A stretch of 64,000 nt of DNA from Verrucomicrobiota bacterium (GTDB lineage: Bacteria > Verrucomicrobiota > Verrucomicrobiia > Limisphaerales > CANJSG01), in contig JBBQXJ010000005.1 of NCBI GenBank assembly GCA_038209745.1, forward strand, positions 1-64,000. Direction: 5' to 3'. Shown here piece after piece: positions 57,718 through 64,000 of the stretch. The notes below the pieces were generated by a model, which was not told the origin of the DNA, searched no databases, and saw nothing but the letters and a program-made list of their open reading frames with translations. The position numbers were made by a program, and so were the translations under genes. How positions within the stretch are numbered: position 1 is the stretch's first letter; each line of letters begins with the position of its first letter.

Positions 57718-58452
57718 CTAGGTTTCCTGGACTGAGTCCTTTTTTAGGAGGGGTTTGGACTTTGCCTTGTGTTCGCGACTTCGCTCGAACGACGACAGAT
57801 CGATCCGGTCGGCGACCAGGTCCCGCATGACGGCCTGTTGGGGCTCGATCTTCTGGCAGGCGTCCATGACCAGAAATTTGAACTCCGTGCTCATCGCCAG
57901 GTATTGCTCGAGGATCCGGCCCTGGAAGATGCGGAAGCTTTCCGTGATGTCGTTCGACAGGCCCAGATCCATGCCGGCCTCGAAGTATTTCAGCTCAGGC
58001 CGACTGCTGAGGATGCGAGACAGGGAGGTCTCCAGCGGCGCCTTGAAGAAGAAGGTCAGATCGGGCAGAGCGGCGAAGTTGTAGATGCCGCGGACCCATT
58101 CGGAGCGGCAGCCGCGGACGATGTCGCGGGCGAACGCGGTGAAGATGTAGCGGTCGCAGAGCACGATGTAGCCGGCCCGGAGCAGGGGCAGGAGCTGCCG
58201 CTCGTATCGGTCGGCGAAGTCGGTGGCGTGGATCAGGCTGAAGGTGGTGGGCGAAAGCAGCTCGCGCTTCTTGCCCTTGCTGGTGGCCGTCTTGACCAGG
58301 ACGGAGGAATTCCATTCGGTGAAGAAGACCTTGAGTCCCTGCAGTTCGAGCCAGCGCTTGAGCAGGTAGATCTGGGTGGACTTGCCGGAGCCGTCGATGC
58401 CTTCGACGGCGATCAGGCGACCGGGAAATCCGAGCTCGGCAAACGTTTTCAT
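57718..58452 (-). CDS. tmk: Thymidylate kinase-family protein
   Basis: EGIDGSGKSTQ and LCDRY motifs. Confidence 0.8.
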   Translation of the reverse strand: MKTFAELGFPGRLIAVEGIDGSGKSTQIYLLKRWLELQGLKVFFTEWNSSVLVKTATSKGKKRELLSPTTFSLIHATDFADRYERQLLPLLRAGYIVLCDRYIFTAFARDIVRGCRSEWVRGIYNFAALPDLTFFFKAPLETSLSRILSSRPELKYFEAGMDLGLSNDITESFRIFQGRILEQYLAMSTEFKFLVMDACQKIEPQQAVMRDLVADRIDLSSFERSREHKAKSKPLLKKDSVQET

Positions 58453-58591
58453 GAACCTGGGGAGACGCTAGGGCGAAGGCCGGGAATGCCAAGGAGCTTT
58501 ACCGAGGGAAGGAGAAAACGGGTGCTTCGACGTGAGCGGACCTGAGGAAAACTATTGGCCAAGGCGACGCAGCGCCGACACTTTTGCAGCG

Positions 58592-59380
58592 ATGCCGCTG
58601 TCGTTCACCTTTCTCGGTTCCGGGACTTCCCAGGGCGTTCCCATCATCGGATGGGACTATCCGGCGGAGTTTCTTGCCAATCCCAAGAACCACCGGACCC
58701 GTCCGTCGATCTACGTGGAGACGCCGGTGGTCCGTTTCGCCGTGGATACCACGCCGGAATTCCGCCTGCAGATTCTGAGGGAAGACATCCGTCGGCTTGA
58801 TGCGGTGTTGTTCACCCACGGCCATGCGGACCACATCATGGGATTGGACGACTGCCGCCGCTTCTGTGACTTGAACGGCGGACAGCCGCTGCCGATCTAT
58901 GCGAACGAGGCGACGATGAACGATCTCCGGCGGGTCTTCCGCTACGCCTTCGAGATCCGGCCCGTCCCCTTGGGCTATTTCCATCCCGATCCAAGGATCA
59001 TCGACGGTCCGTTTTTGATCGGGGATCTGACCGTGAAGACTTTCGAGCTGCCCCACGGTCGGGTGAAGACGTTGGGGTATCTCTTCATCCAAGACGGGGT
59101 GAAGCGGCTGGCCTATCTCAGCGACTGCAAGGAAGTGCCCGAAGAGGCGATCCGGGAACTGCGCGGTGTCCAAGTGGCCGTCCTCGACGCGCTGCGGATC
59201 GCGCCCCACCCGACCCACATGTGCCTCGACGAAGCGTTGACCACCGCTCGCCGGATCGGGGCGGACCGCACCTACTTCACCCATTTGACCCACGACTACG
59301 ACCACGACAAATCGCAGGCGGAGCTACCGGACAGCGTGTTTCTGGCCTATGATGGTTTGCGGGTCGAGATTCCCGCCTAA
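58592..59380 (+). CDS. PhnP-like metallo-beta-lactamase-fold hydrolase
   Basis: [17 protein letters not shown] and THLTH motifs. Confidence 0.92.
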   Translation: MPLSFTFLGSGTSQGVPIIGWDYPAEFLANPKNHRTRPSIYVETPVVRFAVDTTPEFRLQILREDIRRLDAVLFTHGHADHIMGLDDCRRFCDLNGGQPLPIYANEATMNDLRRVFRYAFEIRPVPLGYFHPDPRIIDGPFLIGDLTVKTFELPHGRVKTLGYLFIQDGVKRLAYLSDCKEVPEEAIRELRGVQVAVLDALRIAPHPTHMCLDEALTTARRIGADRTYFTHLTHDYDHDKSQAELPDSVFLAYDGLRVEIPA

Positions 59381-59383
59381 GCC

Positions 59384-61147
59384 ATGCGCCCATCCCTGCT
59401 TTCCATCGTCGCTTCGCTGGTGCTGCTGTCGGTGGCCGCCGGTCGGGCGGAAGACGGCACCTCCGTCGTCGTCGTCTACAACAAGAACGTCAAAGCCTCC
59501 AGGGCGGTGGCCGACTACTACGCCGCAAAACGCGGCGTGCCGGCCAAGCAGATCATCGGTCTGAGCCTGCCGGAGGGGGAGAACATGTCGCGGAAGGAGT
59601 TCACGACGAAGATGTGGCAGCCGCTCTGGGACAAGATGGAGAGCGGGAAGCTGTTCGTCATCAAATCAGCGTCGGTCCCGGGAACCAACTCCGCCGACAT
59701 CAGGACCTACTGGAAGGTCGCGGAGTCCACCGTCCGCTACATGGTCCTGTGCTACGGCGTGCCGCTGCGGGTTCAACACGACCCGTCGCTGCACGAGCCA
59801 CAGGAAGCATCGCTGATTCCGGAGCTGAGGAACAATGGATCGGCGGTGGAGAACGAGCTGTGTCTCCTCCCCCTTTACGACTTGAAGCTGCCGGTGGTCG
59901 GACTGGTCAACAATCCGAACTACGGCCAGACCAACACCGCCCTGCTGGATCCGACCAACGGCCTTTTGATGGTCACGCGCCTCGACGGGCCGACGCCCGA
60001 GATCGCCATGGGGCTCGTGGACAAGGCGCTCGCCGGCGAGGCCAAAGGGTTGTGGGGGCGCGCCTACATCGACTCCAGGAACATTCGCAGCGGAGCCTAT
60101 CTGATGGGTGACGACTGGATGCGGAACACCGCCATCTGGACCAAGGCCGCCGGTTTCGAAACCGTGTTGGACGAAGATCCGGAGGTGTTCCCGACTTGGT
60201 ATCCGATGAGCCACATCGCCTTCTACGCGGGGTGGTATACGGGCACGGCGGCCGGCCCATTCAGCCGGGCCAAGGTTGAATTCATGCCCGGGGCTTTCGC
60301 CTACCACTTGAACTCCTTCAGCGCCGCCACCGTCCGCAATCCAACCCAGAACTGGGTGGCGCCCCTATTGGCGGCAGGGGTCACCTGCACCATGGGATCG
60401 GTCGATGAACCGTATCTGATGGGCACGCCCGACATCGGCACGTTCGCCCGCCTTTTTCTGCTGCGAGGCCAGAGTTTTGGCGAGGCCGCGTATGCCTGCA
60501 ACCAGACGCTCTCGTGGAAGACCGTCGTCGTAGGCGACCCGCTTTACCGTCCGATGGCGCGCGACCTGCGCAAGACCCATGAACAGTTCGAAGCCACGCA
60601 CGATCCCCTGCTGGAGTGGTCCCACATGGGCGTGATCAACCGGAACGAAAACCTCGGCACGCCTCCGGCCACGCTCGCCAGCTACATCGAGGAGATCGCG
60701 AACCACGAGGAGAGTTCCGTGTTGATGGAGAAGCTGGGAGATCTCGACCGAAAACTGGGCAAACCGGCGAGCGCGCTCGCCAGTTGGCAAAAGGCCCTGC
60801 CCAAGGCCGAGAGTCTCCAGCAGACCATCCGGCTCAAGCTGACGATCGCCGATGCCTTGGCCGAAGCGGGCCAGCCCGCCGAGGCTCTCGATCTGCTGGA
60901 CAGGTTCCTCAAGAGCTATCCCGACTACTCGAACCGAAAGGGAATCCTGGAGAAAGCCGTTCCGTTGGCCGAGAAGGCCGGCCGCAAAGAGGCCGAGGCC
61001 GCCTATCGGTCCGAGCTTCTCAAGCTGCAGCCTGGCGACGAAAAAAAGCCTGCCGATCAAGCTTTGAACCAGGAGGAGAAGCCGTTCTTTAAGATCCGGG
61101 GGACCGGCTCCGCTCGATCCGTCCGGAGGCCCGGGATCAAGCAATGA
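59384..61147 (+). CDS. TIGR03790-like secreted protein with C-terminal TPR
   Basis: VVVYN…S..VA.YYA.KR, RLDGP, Y.GWY, G.V.EPYL and GDPLYRP motifs. Confidence 0.8.
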   Translation: MRPSLLSIVASLVLLSVAAGRAEDGTSVVVVYNKNVKASRAVADYYAAKRGVPAKQIIGLSLPEGENMSRKEFTTKMWQPLWDKMESGKLFVIKSASVPGTNSADIRTYWKVAESTVRYMVLCYGVPLRVQHDPSLHEPQEASLIPELRNNGSAVENELCLLPLYDLKLPVVGLVNNPNYGQTNTALLDPTNGLLMVTRLDGPTPEIAMGLVDKALAGEAKGLWGRAYIDSRNIRSGAYLMGDDWMRNTAIWTKAAGFETVLDEDPEVFPTWYPMSHIAFYAGWYTGTAAGPFSRAKVEFMPGAFAYHLNSFSAATVRNPTQNWVAPLLAAGVTCTMGSVDEPYLMGTPDIGTFARLFLLRGQSFGEAAYACNQTLSWKTVVVGDPLYRPMARDLRKTHEQFEATHDPLLEWSHMGVINRNENLGTPPATLASYIEEIANHEESSVLMEKLGDLDRKLGKPASALASWQKALPKAESLQQTIRLKLTIADALAEAGQPAEALDLLDRFLKSYPDYSNRKGILEKAVPLAEKAGRKEAEAAYRSELLKLQPGDEKKPADQALNQEEKPFFKIRGTGSARSVRRPGIKQ

Positions 61148-61161
61148 TCCGCTGAGCCCGG

Positions 61162-62880
61162 CTAATGGGCTGCGGTCGCGACCAGGACCTGCTCGAGCGT
61201 CGAAATCCCGTCGCGAACTTTTTCCAGGGCGACCTCTCGGAGGGTCTTCATGCCCTGTTGGACGGCGACCTTTCCGATTTCCGATGCGCTGGAGCGCTGG
61301 ATCACCAGTTTCCGGATTTCGTCGGTGACGGTCATGACCTCGATGATGGCGCAGCGGCCGGAGTAGCCGGTGTTCTTGCAGCGTTCACAGCCCCGGCCCT
61401 TGTAGAGCGTGACGCCGGCCCATTGCTTCGGGTCGAGGTGCAGGTCGTGGAACATCTTGTCCGGGTAGGTGACCTCTTCCTTGCAGGCCGGACAGATGCG
61501 CCGGATGAGCCGCTGGGCGCAGCTGAGAATGACGGAAGAGGAGATGAGGAAAGGCTCGATGCCCATGTCGTCCAAACGAGCGATGGCGCCCGGGGCGTCG
61601 TTGCAGTGCATGGTGCTGAGCACCTGGTGACCGGTGAGCGCGGCCTCGACGGCGATCTCGGCGGTTTCGCTGTCTCGGATCTCGCCGATCATCACGATGT
61701 CGGGGTCTTGCCGGAGGATCGAGCGCAGGGAGTTGGCGAAGGTGAGACCGATCTCTTTCTTGACGGGCACCTGGTTGATGCCGGGGATCTGGAATTCGAC
61801 CGGGTCTTCGACGGTGACGATGTTGTATTCCGGGCTGTTGAGCTCGTTGAGCGCCGAATAAAGGGTCGTGGTCTTGCCGGAGCCGGTGGGGCCGGTGACG
61901 AGGATCAACCCGTGGGGCGCGTCGATCGCGGATCGAAAACGCTTCAACGTGTGCGGATCCATGCCGAGCTTCTCGACGCTGGCAGAGAGGTTCGACTTGT
62001 CCAGGACGCGGAGCACGCACTTCTCGCCGTGGACGGTGGGAAGAAAACTGACGCGGAGATCGATGTCCTTGCCGGCGACTTTGACGCGCATACGGCCGTC
62101 CTGGGGAAGGCGCCGTTCGGCGATGTCGAGGTTGCTCATGATCTTCAGCCGGGACACGAGAGCGATATAGAGCTGCTTGGGCGGCGGCGGCATGTCGGAC
62201 AGTGCGCCGTCGACGCGGTAGCGAAGGCGGATGACCCGCTCAAAGGGTTCGAGGTGGATGTCGCTCGCGTGTTCGCGGATGGCCTGGACGAGGATCAGGT
62301 TCGCCAGCTTGATGACCGGAGCCTCCTCGCTGGAGGCCGCGAGAACGGAGAGGTCCGACTCCTCCGTGTCGATCTTGGTGAGCTCGATGCCGTCGGCGTC
62401 GGATTCGGCCTGGTTGATGATGTCCTCCATGCTGTGGCCGGCAGCATTGAGGTTGTTGATCTTTTCGATGATGGCGCGCTCGGGCGCGATCAGCGGGGAG
62501 ATTTCGAGCTTGGTGAGACGTTTGACGTCGTCGAGGGCGAGGACGTTGAGCGGATCGGCCATCGCCACGAACAGCTTGAGGCCGACGCGGGAGATGGGGA
62601 GGATCTTGTGGTTGAGGCAAACGTCGCGCGGGATCAGTTCGATGACTTCGGGGGCGATTCCGATCCGGGCAAGATTGACGGGTGGCGTGTTGAGCACGCG
62701 GCCCATGCTGACGGCGAGATCGGGCTCGGTGACGTAGGCCTTCTCGATGATGAGCTTGAGGAGGCGGACGCCTTCCTTCTTCTGCTTCTCCAGCAGTTCG
62801 ACGACTTGCCCGGGCGACATCAGCCCGTCTTCGACGAGGGCGTCCGCGATCTTTTCCCCGAATGTCTTTACGTGGGCCAT
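61162..62880 (-). CDS. pilB: Type IV pilus/T2SS assembly ATPase (PilB/GspE)
   Basis: LDIAERRLPQDGR, GPTGSGKTTT, LRQDPD, GEIRD and a tetracysteine Zn site. Confidence 0.92.
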   Translation of the reverse strand: MAHVKTFGEKIADALVEDGLMSPGQVVELLEKQKKEGVRLLKLIIEKAYVTEPDLAVSMGRVLNTPPVNLARIGIAPEVIELIPRDVCLNHKILPISRVGLKLFVAMADPLNVLALDDVKRLTKLEISPLIAPERAIIEKINNLNAAGHSMEDIINQAESDADGIELTKIDTEESDLSVLAASSEEAPVIKLANLILVQAIREHASDIHLEPFERVIRLRYRVDGALSDMPPPPKQLYIALVSRLKIMSNLDIAERRLPQDGRMRVKVAGKDIDLRVSFLPTVHGEKCVLRVLDKSNLSASVEKLGMDPHTLKRFRSAIDAPHGLILVTGPTGSGKTTTLYSALNELNSPEYNIVTVEDPVEFQIPGINQVPVKKEIGLTFANSLRSILRQDPDIVMIGEIRDSETAEIAVEAALTGHQVLSTMHCNDAPGAIARLDDMGIEPFLISSSVILSCAQRLIRRICPACKEEVTYPDKMFHDLHLDPKQWAGVTLYKGRGCERCKNTGYSGRCAIIEVMTVTDEIRKLVIQRSSASEIGKVAVQQGMKTLREVALEKVRDGISTLEQVLVATAAH

Positions 62881-62884
62881 GGCG

Positions 62885-63754
62885 TCAGCGGAGGAGCTTC
62901 TCGATCGCTTTCTGGATCTCGACCGGAGTGGCGAGATACCAGATGACGCGGTTGGGGGTGATGGCGTGGATCGCGGCCTCGGCCTGTTTGTTGAACGGAT
63001 TGGCGGTGGCGACGAAGATCGACTTGCTCATTCGGTCGAAGGGCAGCACGCACCAGCGCCGACAAAGGCTTTTCGGAAAGATCCGGGTGAGTTCGACGTC
63101 GATATCGTAGCGGTCCAACGCGATGAAGGCGGAGCGGGATCGGTCGGAGACGACCTTGATCGACTTGTCCAGCGGCACATTGCCTTGTTCGGCCAAGATC
63201 TGGATGAAGGGATCGGCCACCTTGTCGGAATGGGCCGTGGCGTCCAGCTTCGCCCAATGAGCGTCGAACTCGGGCAGGGTGATAACGCGCCCGTCCACGA
63301 AGATTTTCCGCATGATCTCGCGGCCTTCGTCTCCTCCGGGGGGAGGACTCCGATCCGAGAGGATCGGAGTTTCCGCGGTCCGACGTTGGAACCGGGTCGT
63401 GTGGCTGGTGTCCGTTGCCTTGGAGGCGTCTCCCGCATCCTGGCCGCGGTCGATGGCGTCGGCCTTGGTCTGGATCTCGGCCATCGCGGCGATCACTTCC
63501 GCGTCGTCGGGATAGCGCTGGAGGATGGTCTCGTATTCGAGGAGGGCCGAGGAGAGCTGGCCCAGCTGGACGTAGGCGGAGGCGATGCGGCGGGCGGTGC
63601 GGACGACGTCCCGCTGCCGCTCCAGTTTAAGGTAGGCTTCTTTGAGGATCTCCAGCGACTGATAGTCGAGGGGCTGGGCGACGGTAATGACTTCGAACAT
63701 CTCAATCGTCTGATTGAGCTGTGCCTGTTCGTCAGATGTTAGTTGGCCGAGCAT
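62885..63754 (-). CDS. TPR-like and GspE N-terminal domain protein
   Basis: Helical N-terminus; C-terminal CVLPFD….VATANPF, similar to PilB/GspE N-domains; directly upstream of pilB. Confidence 0.7.
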   Translation of the reverse strand: MLGQLTSDEQAQLNQTIEMFEVITVAQPLDYQSLEILKEAYLKLERQRDVVRTARRIASAYVQLGQLSSALLEYETILQRYPDDAEVIAAMAEIQTKADAIDRGQDAGDASKATDTSHTTRFQRRTAETPILSDRSPPPGGDEGREIMRKIFVDGRVITLPEFDAHWAKLDATAHSDKVADPFIQILAEQGNVPLDKSIKVVSDRSRSAFIALDRYDIDVELTRIFPKSLCRRWCVLPFDRMSKSIFVATANPFNKQAEAAIHAITPNRVIWYLATPVEIQKAIEKLLR

Positions 63755-64000
63755 CTCAAAACTTCTTCCCGTGAGCCGGTTCCGTGGCCGCTCGTCTCAG
63801 TGGATACCGAGCCGCGCGGGCGGAATCCGTCCGTTGCTGTCTCTCTTGTCGGAGCCGTTGCATCGCGGCTTAACCCCGTTGCCGCCGACCGATTGGAAAC
63901 GGCCTTTGAACACGCGGGGGGCCGAGCGGGTCTGACGTTTGCGTTCGACCCTGTGGACCGGTATTTTCGTTGCCCGGTCGTCGCATGGAAACCTAAACTT

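Noticed and set aside
63755..64000. c-di-GMP riboswitch upstream of the pilus genes
   Set aside because: The GEMM consensus elements could not be matched on the minus strand.

Overview
GC-rich bacterial chromosome segment, most likely Verrucomicrobiota (Pedosphaera/Limisphaerales-like). The taxon is inferred from PVC-type heme/beta-propeller proteins, DUF1080, a TIGR03790-like protein and an OB-fold sensor kinase. The window holds about 45 CDSs. Housekeeping and envelope genes include ispA, gmhB, kdsB, waaA, an LpxR-like protein, rnd, rmuC, eda, dnaN, a TMK-like kinase and a PilB/GspE ATPase. There is also a two-component/CBM/GH16 glucan locus, three tRNAs (Gly-GCC, Arg-TCT, fMet), a c-di-AMP riboswitch upstream of a KimA-like permease, and a candidate oriC upstream of dnaN with no adjacent dnaA. 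Mobile DNA is abundant: an IS5 end truncating an RCC1-repeat gene, a RAYT transposase with GTAG REPs, two MITE-like families, and IS630, IS481, integrase and MmeI remnants. The two most interesting candidates are (1) a BlaI repressor with a palindromic operator controlling an M56 (BlaR1-type) protease fused to a secretin-like domain that lacks the usual amphipathic-loop motif, and (2) a shared C-terminal 'W...W...F[YF]R' domain on four unrelated secreted proteins, a possible lineage-specific sorting signal. All family assignments are by eye from motifs; no searches were run.
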